From Candidatus Latescibacterota bacterium (GTDB lineage Bacteria > Latescibacterota > UBA2968 > GCA-2709665): a DNA stretch of 64,000 bases. The stretch is taken from positions 8,265 through 72,264 of the forward strand of contig JAGWBX010000024.1 in assembly GCA_021295655.1 (NCBI GenBank), in the 5' to 3' direction. Positions 1 through 9,021 of the stretch are shown here, piece after piece; within the stretch, counting starts at the first letter, position 1; the number at the start of each line of letters is the position of its first letter. Made by a program: the position numbers and the translations under genes. The notes below the pieces were generated by a model. That model did not search any database and was not told the origin of the DNA. It saw only the letters and a list, made by a program, of their open reading frames with translations.

Positions 1-1
1 C

Positions 2-679
2 GCACACTGCGGCATCGACCGGACGGCCATGATGAGCTGGAACGCGCCGGTCTGCGTGGATGCCCAGGACGGCAATGAGATCGTCTGGCGGGCCATGCAA
101 CGGTTCGGCGACCCGGTGATCGGCGTGGCCGTCATCGATCCAACCCATATGACGCCGGCGGAGATCGATGCAGAGATACGCCTGAGGTATATCGAACAGG
201 GATTCGTGGGCATGAAGCCTTACGTGCGAATGAACCTGAACTATGAGCATGACGGATTTACGCCCTGGTGGGAGTTCGGCAACGAGCACAGCCTGTACGC
301 GTTGATGCACGTGGCCGGTCACACGGGCGGGGTGGCCGGCATCGGACGGCTGGCGGACCGGTTCCCGGAGGTGAGCTGGCTGATCGCGCACGCGGGCGGG
401 AGTTATCCGTTCGCGGAAGAGGTGGCCGCGTGTATCCGGGATCACCCCAACGTGTACGCGGAGATTACGCTCACCCCCGTCACGAACCGCGTCGTGGAGT
501 TTCTGGTCGCGGCAACGGACGAGGACCACGTGCTGTTTGGCACGGACGCCCCCATGAGAGACCCGCGGCAGCAACTCGGATGGGCGGTATGGACGGCGTT
601 GCCCGTGGACGTAAAAATGAAGGTTCTGGGCGGGAATTTCCAGCGGATACTGGATCGGGTGAAGTTGCCTCGTGCGTGA
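2..679 (+). CDS. amidohydrolase-2 family metal-dependent hydrolase (5' partial, frame open to window edge)
   Basis: The frame is open from nt 2. The C-terminal region 'HVLFGTDAPMRDP...LGGNFQRIL' is typical of TIM-barrel amidohydrolases. Confidence 0.55.
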   Translation, partial: AHCGIDRTAMMSWNAPVCVDAQDGNEIVWRAMQRFGDPVIGVAVIDPTHMTPAEIDAEIRLRYIEQGFVGMKPYVRMNLNYEHDGFTPWWEFGNEHSLYALMHVAGHTGGVAGIGRLADRFPEVSWLIAHAGGSYPFAEEVAACIRDHPNVYAEITLTPVTNRVVEFLVAATDEDHVLFGTDAPMRDPRQQLGWAVWTALPVDVKMKVLGGNFQRILDRVKLPRA

Positions 680-733
680 GCGCGCCGCCGAACACAAGGT
701 GAAGGCCCACGCTGAAGGAGTGAATCCGGAGTT

Positions 734-1807
734 ATGGACAGGTTACGAGTGGCTCTGTTCGGGCTGACGCACCCGCATTCCCTCGGGCACCTGAAAACGT
801 TGCAGTTGTCCGATATGGTGCGCGGAATCGTGTTGTACGACGACGACGCGCGGGCTGTTGCGGAAGTTCAATCGACGATGGGAAACAAGGTCGAAGGGGG
901 GTACCACAACCTGGATGAGATGCTGGATGGGGAGTCCTTCGACATGGGAATTGCGGATTTTCAGAATCACCTGAACGGGGCGCTCTGCCTCAGGCTCATT
1001 GAGAAGGGCGTCCACGTGATCAGCGAGAAGCCGATTACCAATGCCTCGGCCGAACTGTCGCGCATTGTGGAGGCCGCGGCGCAGGCGGACGTGAAACTGG
1101 GCGTGATGTACCAGAACCGGTACCATCCGGTCGCCCGGGAGGCGCGCCGTCTGGTGGAGGATGGCGTCATCGGGCGGGTCACCGGGTGTGAGGCCAGGAT
1201 GATTACGTCGCAGGTCAAATTCAGAAATCCCGGTCACTGGTTGTTCGACAGGCGGAAAGCGGGCGGCGGAATTCTCACCTGGCTGGGATGTCACTATATC
1301 GATCTGTTGCGTTACGTCCTGGACGACGACGTGGTGGAGGTATCCGCGATTGCCGATACCCTTAGCGGTGAAGACATCGACGTGGAAGACGTGGCGTCAC
1401 TTGCGTTCAGGTTTGGAAAGGGCGCCATTGGCAGCCTGCACGCGGGGTATCAGCTTGCGATGAGTATCCCCGGTTATTCCGGCGCCACGTACGACACCTA
1501 CGTGGGCTTTCGCGGTACCGAAGGAAGGGTGTACTGGAATCCCGTCGACAGACCGCCGGTATTGCACGCCGAGAGCGCGACCGCGGGATGGCGCGCCTCA
1601 CCGGTACGCTCGTTTCACTACGCGTTGCCGGAGCTGGACTGTTACGGAGGCGCGTTCGGACTTGCGTTCCTGGAACGGTTTTTCCATTCCGTGAACGGAG
1701 ACGGCGAGCCGCCTGCAACCGGCGAAGACGCGCTCAGGGTGGCCGGGATCATCGAGGCGGCATACGCGTCCAGCCAGACCGGCCGCCGGGTCGCAATCAC
1801 TTCCTGA
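734..1807 (+). CDS. Gfo/Idh/MocA family oxidoreductase
   Basis: 357 aa. N-terminal Rossmann-like 'RVALFGLTHPH', then 'VISEKP' and a typical C-terminal alpha/beta domain. Confidence 0.75.
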   Translation: MDRLRVALFGLTHPHSLGHLKTLQLSDMVRGIVLYDDDARAVAEVQSTMGNKVEGGYHNLDEMLDGESFDMGIADFQNHLNGALCLRLIEKGVHVISEKPITNASAELSRIVEAAAQADVKLGVMYQNRYHPVAREARRLVEDGVIGRVTGCEARMITSQVKFRNPGHWLFDRRKAGGGILTWLGCHYIDLLRYVLDDDVVEVSAIADTLSGEDIDVEDVASLAFRFGKGAIGSLHAGYQLAMSIPGYSGATYDTYVGFRGTEGRVYWNPVDRPPVLHAESATAGWRASPVRSFHYALPELDCYGGAFGLAFLERFFHSVNGDGEPPATGEDALRVAGIIEAAYASSQTGRRVAITS

Positions 1808-1828
1808 GCCCGGTACTCCGGGAAAATC

Positions 1829-2659
1829 GTGAACGATTCCAATGAAATGAAGACATTGGCCGGCGAACCGGTCCGGCCGCTGGGCCTTGCCGGCGCCCCC
1901 GACTCGCAAAGCGAATTTGCATCCGTCGCTCACGGGTCCGGGGTGAATTTCTTTTTCTTTTATGGCCTGCACTTTGACGGAATGGTGGACGGCGTGAACC
2001 GGCTGTTGCGTCAGCGTCGGGACGAGGTCTTCGTCGCCACCGGGACGGAGTCCCGCGATCCGTCTCAGATGCGGGACTATCTGGACGCTGTGCGCAGGGC
2101 GCTGGACGTGGATACGATTGACCTGTTCTTCGCCGAGTACGTGTCGCCTGCGGACAATATTCAGGACGTACTGGGAAAGGGCGGCGCGATCGACCAAATC
2201 TGGAAGTGGAAGAACGATGGCAACGTACGCTACGTGGGCGCAACCGCGCATAGCCGTCCGATTTCGCTGACCCTTATCGGGAGCGGACGGATCCAGGTGC
2301 TGATGCACCGGTACAATATGGCGCACCGGAAGTCGGAGCGGGAGGTGTTGCCCGCGGCCATCGACGCCGGCGTACCCGTGGTCGCGTTCACCTGTACGCG
2401 CTGGGGATCGCTGCTTGAGGGACACGCCGATTGGCCGGGACAGACGCCCACCGCGGCGGATTGTTATCGGTTTGTTCTGAGGCACCCCGCCGTCCGACTG
2501 GCGTTGACCGCGCCGGCAACGGAAAACCAGCTACGACGAAATCTCACGGTACTGACGGAGCCACGCGAACCGCCCCTGGAAGAGATGTCCACCTGGAAGG
2601 CATACGGCGACCTGGTCTATGGTGATGGCGCCGATGCATTTGAAACCCGTTGGCCTTAA
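1829..2659 (+). CDS. aldo/keto reductase-like oxidoreductase
   Basis: 276 aa with 'IDLFFAEYV' and 'VRYVGATAHS' AKR-like blocks. The TAA stop at 2657-2659 abuts repeat R1-A. Confidence 0.6.
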   Translation: MNDSNEMKTLAGEPVRPLGLAGAPDSQSEFASVAHGSGVNFFFFYGLHFDGMVDGVNRLLRQRRDEVFVATGTESRDPSQMRDYLDAVRRALDVDTIDLFFAEYVSPADNIQDVLGKGGAIDQIWKWKNDGNVRYVGATAHSRPISLTLIGSGRIQVLMHRYNMAHRKSEREVLPAAIDAGVPVVAFTCTRWGSLLEGHADWPGQTPTAADCYRFVLRHPAVRLALTAPATENQLRRNLTVLTEPREPPLEEMSTWKAYGDLVYGDGADAFETRWP

Positions 2660-2804
2660 CAGTCCGTTGATAAAGTCGCTCTGCAGGCGAGGCCGAGTCA
2701 TTGTGGCCGTAGACAAGGCGCGCGACCGCGTCGAATCGCGCAGTAATACGGCCACAGGGGCCGGACGTAGCCCGGATGGACTTTTTCAACGGGCTGTTAA
2801 GGCC
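2652..2804 (+). repeat. R1-A: full-length hairpin element (26-nt arms, 2 mismatches)
   Basis: The left arm ggccttaaCAGTCCGTTGATAAAGTC (2652-2677) pairs with the right arm GACTTTTTCAACGGGCTGttaaggcc (2779-2804). There are nested inner stems: tgtggccgta/tacggccaca and gcgcga/tcgcgc. Confidence 0.75.
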
Positions 2805-2813
2805 GGAGTATTT

Positions 2814-3581
2814 ATGAACCCATTACGCCTGTTGTTGACAGGGCTGTTGGTGACGGCGTGCAGCCCGGGCGCCAAAAATCCGCCGGCGGACGGCTTCGAC
2901 TCAGCCGGTTCGGATGCCAGGGCGATCGAGATAGCCGACGCCGTGATGAGGAAAATGGGCGGGCGGGAGAACTGGGACCGCACGCGGTATCTCACATGGA
3001 GATTCTTCGGCCAGCGGCTGCACGTCTGGGACCGGTGGACCGGCGACGTCCGCTTTGAAGAGGCCGGTCGCGTCACGCTGATGAATGTCCATACCCGGAA
3101 GGGACGCGTCTGGAATGCAGGAGAGGAAATCGCGGAGGCGGACTCTTTGAAGAAATACCTGGACAGGGGATACCGCGCCTGGATCAACGATTCCTACTGG
3201 CTGGTCATGCCATATAAGCTGAAGGACTCGGGCGTGACGCTGACGTACGGAGGCGAAGCGACAATGGAAAACGGCCGCGCCGCGTTCGTATTGACGCTGA
3301 TTTTCAGGAACGTGGGCGTGACGCCGCAGAACAAATACGACGTCTACGTCGACAAGGAGCGGATGCTGGTTGAACAGTGGGCATTCTACAGAACGGCATC
3401 GGACCTGGACCCGCAGTTCGTCGGCCCATGGACGGACTGGCAGCCGCACGGAAGGATCCTGCTGTCGGCCGGGCGCGGCACAAGAGCACATTCCGACGTG
3501 GCGGTTTTCAACGATCTGCCGCGAGCTGTCTTTGAAAGCCCCGAACCTGTGGACATGATGGCGTTCGACAAAGCCAGGTGA
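2814..3581 (+). CDS. hypothetical lipoprotein
   Basis: Internal ATG at 2814 gives 'MNPLRLLLTGLLVTAC', a signal peptide plus lipobox. The upstream part of ORF 2619 is repeat R1-A. Confidence 0.6.
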   Translation: MNPLRLLLTGLLVTACSPGAKNPPADGFDSAGSDARAIEIADAVMRKMGGRENWDRTRYLTWRFFGQRLHVWDRWTGDVRFEEAGRVTLMNVHTRKGRVWNAGEEIAEADSLKKYLDRGYRAWINDSYWLVMPYKLKDSGVTLTYGGEATMENGRAAFVLTLIFRNVGVTPQNKYDVYVDKERMLVEQWAFYRTASDLDPQFVGPWTDWQPHGRILLSAGRGTRAHSDVAVFNDLPRAVFESPEPVDMMAFDKAR

Positions 3582-3728
3582 CGTATAGCCATACGGATTG
3601 CCCGGTGCGCTCTTGCCCTGCAGTCGCCGTTCTGCAAACCAGGAAGAGAAGAAAGCCGTTCGTTCAGAGGGGCCTTTTTTCTGCACAAATTACCCGCCGG
3701 GACGTGTTCTGGCGCAGGGGCGGGTGTC

Positions 3729-3757
3729 TTGACTTGCTTTGTCCATTTGCTTATGTT
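3729..3757 (+). promoter_or_regulatory. sigma70-like promoter TTGACT-17-TATGTT
   Basis: -35 at 3729-3734 and -10 at 3752-3757. It lies about 175 nt upstream of the ATG at 3932. Confidence 0.4.
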
Positions 3758-3931
3758 GTGAAGACTTTCCAAAGATGAATTTGCGCCGGATCTTTCACGC
3801 GCCGATGGTCTTGTATGGCAGGTAACGGGTACCCTGGAGAGGGTCGACCGGTCATCAGTCGGTTCGACGGAACGCCCTCGCCAGGCACACGGTCAAACAG
3901 GCAGAGTCAACCACCTCAGGGGAGGACGGCT

Positions 3932-4711
3932 ATGCGTTTATACTTAAGATGGAACTTCATTGGATTGCTGTTGTTGTTGCCCGCGATCGGGTACGCACAA
4001 CTTATGGATCAAGGGTCGGAAAAGCCCGAACCCGAGGGTGGCGACCCTGCGGGCGCGTGGATGGCAGACTCGACGGCATTGCCCGTTTGGGCGTCTCCCG
4101 CCTTGCTGCAATTGGTTTCTGATCTGTCCATCGATGGAACTGTATCCGGATCGCTGACACTGGATGCCGATGCAGACACATACGAGGCGGAATACGTCAC
4201 ATCGGTAAAGGTAAAGCTGACGATACCGCTACTGGGTCAGACCATCGACAGCACTTTTGTCGACACAGTCAGGGAAGCGGGCGCGTTCAGTGTTGAGGAT
4301 GCCAATTTGATTCTGGTGCCGACGGTTGAAGAGGGAGAAACGGCGGTCAGCGATACGCTTGGATTTACTGCCAGAAACGACTCGCTGTTCCTGATTCAGG
4401 TCGTACCTCTGCCCGCTCAGTATGCGACCATAATGGCGAATTTCGGGTTGGAAGCGCCGCTGGCAATTCTTGGCTTTGAGCGGCTGGAAGACGAACCGGC
4501 GCCGCCAACGCTCCCCGAACCGCCGCCGCCAGGATCCGCGGCGGACTTCAACAGCGACGGGCGTGTGGATTTCTCGGACTTTATCGCGTTTGCGCAGAAT
4601 TTCGGGCGGAGCGACGGGGATGCAAACTACGACGCAAAGTTCGACCTGACCGGAGACGATAGCGTCGACTTTTCGGACTTTATTGCCTTTGCGCAACAAT
4701 TCGGCCAGTAA
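3932..4711 (+). CDS. secreted protein with C-terminal dockerin/EF-hand-like repeat pair
   Basis: Signal peptide 'MRLYLRWNFIGLLLLLPAIGYA'. Duplicated 'D.N.DG.VDFSDFIAFAQ.FG' segments at the C-terminus, with GGAGG 6 nt upstream of the ATG. Confidence 0.65.
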   Translation: MRLYLRWNFIGLLLLLPAIGYAQLMDQGSEKPEPEGGDPAGAWMADSTALPVWASPALLQLVSDLSIDGTVSGSLTLDADADTYEAEYVTSVKVKLTIPLLGQTIDSTFVDTVREAGAFSVEDANLILVPTVEEGETAVSDTLGFTARNDSLFLIQVVPLPAQYATIMANFGLEAPLAILGFERLEDEPAPPTLPEPPPPGSAADFNSDGRVDFSDFIAFAQNFGRSDGDANYDAKFDLTGDDSVDFSDFIAFAQQFGQ

Positions 4712-4732
4712 TAAACGGGGGAACCATCGTAT

Positions 4733-5503
4733 CTATGGGACGCCGCCGAGCAGCAGGCCGCCGTCCACCGGCAGTGAGACGCCGTTGACGTTTGCCCCGT
4801 GGGGACCGCAGAGAAAGACCACGGCCCGTCCGATATCCTCCGGGGTGCCGTACCGATGTGTGGGGATGAAGCCGTGGAGGCGGTCCGGCGCGCTGCCGCG
4901 TTGTGGTGGCGCCTGGCCGAAAGTGTGCTCGGTGTCCATATAGCCGGGCAGGATTGCGTTGCAGCGAATGCCGAGGGGGGCCAATTCGAAGGCTATGCTC
5001 TCGGTCAGCCGCAGGATTCCCGCCTTTGCGATGCCGTAACAGGTGTCGTTTGCCCACACGCCCCGTGCGTGTACCGAGGAAATGCTCACAATGCTCCCGC
5101 CCTCGCCACGTTCCGCCATATTCCGGGCGGCAGCCTGGCTGCACAGGAAATAGCCCTTCAGACATACGTCCAGCGTTCGGTCCCAGTTCGCTTCGGTGAT
5201 TTCCAGAAACGGCCGGTTTTCGGAAGCGTAGGGGTTGTTGACCAGGACGTCGATGCGGCCGAAGCGGTCCAGAAACGCTTCAAACATCCGATTCACCGCC
5301 TCCGCGCTGGAGATATCGGCATCGAAATAGGCCGCCTCACGGCCGGCTCCCTCAATGAGTTTCAGGGTCTTCTCAGCATCGGCGTCCCTCTCGACATCGT
5401 TGACGCCCACGTCGCAGCCGGCTTCCGCCAGGGCCTGGGCGATTCCCCGGCCAATGCTGCGCCTGGCGCCGGTAACGAGTGCTTTCTTGCCTTCGAGCAA
5501 CAT
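4733..5503 (-). CDS. SDR family oxidoreductase
   Basis: 'KKALVTGARRSIGRGIA' (TGxxxGxG), plus 'NNPY' and 'YGIAKAG' (YxxxK). Start chosen at the internal ATG preceded by GAGGT. Confidence 0.85.
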   Translation of the reverse strand: MLLEGKKALVTGARRSIGRGIAQALAEAGCDVGVNDVERDADAEKTLKLIEGAGREAAYFDADISSAEAVNRMFEAFLDRFGRIDVLVNNPYASENRPFLEITEANWDRTLDVCLKGYFLCSQAAARNMAERGEGGSIVSISSVHARGVWANDTCYGIAKAGILRLTESIAFELAPLGIRCNAILPGYMDTEHTFGQAPPQRGSAPDRLHGFIPTHRYGTPEDIGRAVVFLCGPHGANVNGVSLPVDGGLLLGGVP

Positions 5504-5668
5504 AGAGGTACCTCGCTGGAAATGGCGCATGGAATGGAATGTAAATCTGCGGCATGAAATACGAATTCGAACTTTGTATGTCAAACAGAAAAAGGGGGAG
5601 GTAACGATGCCTTCCCCTCACATCTGAACCCTTCGCTCTACGCGCGGCTTGTCCGCAGGAGAACGCCA

Positions 5669-6370
5669 TTGAAACAGGCGGTGATGATTACGTTCATTCT
5701 TTTGGGACTCCTTTCACACGCGGCGGCCCTGGAGTCGAATCCAGTCGGACCGGCATTGGAGGACAGTCTGTACATTGCCGCGGATTCCGTGGCTACGCTG
5801 CTTGCGCCCGAACTGCACGTTGCCGCGGCCGCCATGGAATCGGGAGACTATCGGTTGGCGGCGGCGAAACTCGAGGCGCTCGCACGGAACGATCCGGCAA
5901 ACGTCGGCGCCCTGCGCATGCTGGCAAGCGCCTATCTGCGGCAGGAGGCATACGCCTCGGCCGTTCCGGTTTGCGAAAGGATTGCGGTGCTGGATTCCAC
6001 GGATGCGGGCATCAGGGTCGCATTGGGTTTCCTGCACGGGAAGGCGGGTCATGCGGACCGCTCTCTGGAGGCGTACCGAGAAGCGTTGGACGTGGATGCC
6101 AAAACGGTTCAGGCATATCAGGGTCTGGGATGGATTCATCTACAGCGGCGCGAACTTCAGGAAGCGATGAACATGATCGCAAAGTCCACCGAACTTGCAC
6201 CGGAATACGCCCCGAATTACGTGCTGATGGGTCGGGTCCTGACGGCGCAGGGCTTTTACGAAAATGCCCGGCAGGCCTTCGAAACCGCATTCAGGCTGGA
6301 CTCCGGTTTAAGGGAGCAATATGGCATCCTGCTTCAGGAGCTTGTTCTGAGACACGGACTTGGAAGGTGA
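5669..6370 (+). CDS. TPR-repeat protein with signal peptide
   Basis: Hydrophobic N-terminus 'MITFILLGLLSHAAA' and repeated 'A...Y...G....A...Y..AL..D' TPR pattern. The start is TTG at 5669 or ATG at 5684. Confidence 0.65.
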   Translation: MKQAVMITFILLGLLSHAAALESNPVGPALEDSLYIAADSVATLLAPELHVAAAAMESGDYRLAAAKLEALARNDPANVGALRMLASAYLRQEAYASAVPVCERIAVLDSTDAGIRVALGFLHGKAGHADRSLEAYREALDVDAKTVQAYQGLGWIHLQRRELQEAMNMIAKSTELAPEYAPNYVLMGRVLTAQGFYENARQAFETAFRLDSGLREQYGILLQELVLRHGLGR

Positions 6371-6498
6371 ACGAGCAGGGAGTTGCATTCCGGTTGGCCG
6401 GCAGCGTTGGTCTTCTTCGGCATACGAAGTGCCGGGAAGCGGGTCTCGTTCCCGATTGCTGGGTGTCGCACGGAATCACGGCAGGAAAGTGCGGAGGC

Positions 6499-7257
6499 TT
6501 ACTTGAGGGAGAAACCGATGGGCATCACCATCCAGACCTTGCGTTTCTGGCCTTCATGCTTTCCGGGGCGGAAGCGGAACTGGCGCGCGGCTGCCATGGC
6601 ATTGTTTCGAAAGATCTCGGGCCCGCTGACAACCTCCACCTTCTCCACGCGCCCTCGCTTGTCCACGAGCACACGAACCTTTACCGTGCCTTCCAGCTTC
6701 TGCTTGTGCGCCTGCCGGGGATATTCGGGCGCAACGATGCGGATAGGGTGGGGTTTGTACTCGATGTCGAATTCGTCCATCGGCGCATCCGACGGCGGGC
6801 CCGCGGCAATCGGGCCCCTGAGGCGAAGATCCAGAGGGAGCGAGTCGAGATCCAGTTCGGTGGTCTCGATCGTGATGTCTTCCGGTATTTCCTCCCCTTC
6901 AACCTCGATCGGCACGGCGGGACGCGGGGGCGGGGGCGGACGTTTGGCCTGGGAGGTCTCGGGAATCTGTGCCCACTGGACGACGTCGATCTGGGGGTCG
7001 TTGAGCACTACGGTGGGGATATGTTCGGGGTAGATGAGAACGGTGAACAGCATGAAGAGAAAGGACGCACCCAACGACTTCAGAAAGCGGGTCCCGTAGT
7101 CGCGTTTGAGGTCCACGTCGGGGTTCTTGGAACGGACCGAAACCCGGACACCCGTCGGATGATCCTTCAGGAGACGCACGAACCTCTCCTGGCGCTCACG
7201 AAATCGCGCCAGTTGTGCCAGAAGCGAATGACTGAAGCGATGGTGAACGATATTCAT
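6499..7257 (-). CDS. energy transducer TonB family protein
   Basis: N-terminal TM segment, a Pro-rich linker 'KRPPPPPRPAVP', and a C-terminal TonB domain 'YPRQAHKQKLEGTVKVRVLVDKRGRV'. Confidence 0.75.
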   Translation of the reverse strand: MNIVHHRFSHSLLAQLARFRERQERFVRLLKDHPTGVRVSVRSKNPDVDLKRDYGTRFLKSLGASFLFMLFTVLIYPEHIPTVVLNDPQIDVVQWAQIPETSQAKRPPPPPRPAVPIEVEGEEIPEDITIETTELDLDSLPLDLRLRGPIAAGPPSDAPMDEFDIEYKPHPIRIVAPEYPRQAHKQKLEGTVKVRVLVDKRGRVEKVEVVSGPEIFRNNAMAAARQFRFRPGKHEGQKRKVWMVMPIGFSLK

Positions 7258-7627
7258 TGTTCAGATGACTGGTGTTATGATTAAATGGAGATTGTGGCGG
7301 CGCCCGGGGCCGATTCGATCTTCGCAACGGTGTTCACATTGGAGAAGACGCTGAGACCTTCGCCGGGGGAGATTGGCCTGATTCGAATCATCTCCACTTT
7401 ATACCCACAGACCGGGAAAAGGTTCCGGGCCGACGGCTTCCCTCAGCCCGGCCCGGCAAATGCTGAGACGATATGAATTCACGTAGGCGAAGACTCGGCA
7501 CGCTGCGTAGGCAGCGTAGATGTAACGGAAGCAACAAACCACTAAGTTAGAACAGACGTACGAAAAGTCAAGCGCAAACTTGAAAAACGGGTCTCAGGTC
7601 CATAGCCACACGGCCTGTCTTGGCGTT

Positions 7628-7963
7628 ATGAACGAAAAAACCGGCATTCCCTTACGCATCGACGTAAAACGGGACCATGGGGAGATGGAAATCGAATGGC
7701 GGGGCGGCTGCGTCGACCGCCTGCCGCTTTCCGTGTTGCGGCGCTGGTGTCCATGCGCGCTGTGTTCGGACCGTCGTGAACAACAGGCCCGGGGCCGGGG
7801 ATTGCACATGCTGACGCCCGAGGAGCGCGATGCGACCGCTGACGTTACGGATGTGGTTCCGGTGGGCCGGTACGCCATACAGATCACGTGGGGAGACGGT
7901 CACGATACGGGAATCTATACGTACGACTCCCTGCGTAAGCTGGGTGAAGAGCAGACGGGTTGA
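7628..7963 (+). CDS. DUF971 family protein
   Basis: 'LPLSVLRRWCPCALC' and 'YAIQITWGDGHDTGIYTYDSLRKL' are characteristic DUF971 blocks. Confidence 0.65.
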   Translation: MNEKTGIPLRIDVKRDHGEMEIEWRGGCVDRLPLSVLRRWCPCALCSDRREQQARGRGLHMLTPEERDATADVTDVVPVGRYAIQITWGDGHDTGIYTYDSLRKLGEEQTG

Positions 7964-8081
7964 ACGGCGCCGATCGGATGCCGCCCTTTGCATCCGTGTT
8001 TGACGGCTCCGGCATTGTGACGTCACATTCGAATGACGCGAAGCAAAGACCCTGGAGAAACCTCACTTTCGGGAGAATGTC

Positions 8082-9005
8082 ATGGCTCAGTCCGTTGAGA
8101 GTGGTCCGGTAGCGGCGGCAACGACCAATCAGACGATGCAGTTGCCCCATCGGGTGTTGGGAAAAACCGGTGTGCGGGTACCCGTTCTTGGCTACGGTTC
8201 GGCCCCGGGCGGAATCGGCATGGATGACAATGAGGCTGTTTCGCTGTGCCACATGGCGATCGACCACGGCGTGACGTTCATCGATACTGCGCCAGGTTAC
8301 GGCCGGGCGCATCTTCAACTCGGCCAGGTCATGGCCAGCCGCAGGGACGAAGTTTTTCTGGTCACCAAGACGCCGGCCGACGATGCGGACGAGGCGCTCT
8401 CGATGTTGGAGAAAGGCCTGAGAGACCTGCAGACCGACCACGTCGACCTGGTCTACGTGCATTCGATGGGCAATCGGGACGTGGACAGGGTGCTGGCATC
8501 CGATGGCGCGCTCGAAGGCCTTCGGGAAGCGCGGCGGCGAGGCTGGACCCGGTTTATCGGAGTGACGGCGCACAACGCGCCCTGGCGCACGGCCCGGGTA
8601 TTGCAGGAAGCGGATATCGACGTGGTGATGCTTGCGATGAACATCGCTGACAGATATACGTACAACTTTGAGAACGAAGTACTCCCACTCGCCCGTGAAC
8701 AGAACGTTGGCGTGGCGGCCATGAAGGTTTACGGAGGGGCGTTGGGCATGAAATACGACAAGCCGGCGCTTTCGGCCCTGGCCGCGCACGGGCCCCACGA
8801 TCATGAAGCGGCGCTGCGTTACGCGCTGGGGCTTCCCGGGGTCGGTACGGCGGTTGTGGGGGTGTTTTCCGAGTCCGAACTGGTGCAGAACGTGGAATGG
8901 GCGCGGCGGATCAGGCCGCTGGATGGGGTGGACAGCCTCGCTGCGGAGCGCGTCGGGCGGAAGGTGGCGGCAGACTGGGGGCCGCATTACGGGGCGGTGG
9001 AATAG
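8082..9005 (+). CDS. aldo/keto reductase
   Basis: 'LGKTGVRVPVLGYG', 'IDTAPGYG' and 'HVDLVYVHS' match the AKR family. The true start may be ATG 8136, because 8088-8100 carries an R1 left-arm fragment. Confidence 0.8.
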   Translation: MAQSVESGPVAAATTNQTMQLPHRVLGKTGVRVPVLGYGSAPGGIGMDDNEAVSLCHMAIDHGVTFIDTAPGYGRAHLQLGQVMASRRDEVFLVTKTPADDADEALSMLEKGLRDLQTDHVDLVYVHSMGNRDVDRVLASDGALEGLREARRRGWTRFIGVTAHNAPWRTARVLQEADIDVVMLAMNIADRYTYNFENEVLPLAREQNVGVAAMKVYGGALGMKYDKPALSALAAHGPHDHEAALRYALGLPGVGTAVVGVFSESELVQNVEWARRIRPLDGVDSLAAERVGRKVAADWGPHYGAVE

Positions 9006-9021
9006 AAAGCGATCAGCACAT

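Noticed and set aside
7370-7400. A tRNA-like T-loop string (GATTCGAATCATCTCC) in the 370-nt non-coding stretch 7258-7627.
   Set aside because: No acceptor, D or anticodon arms can be built around it, and the stem flanking TTCGAAT is only 3 bp.
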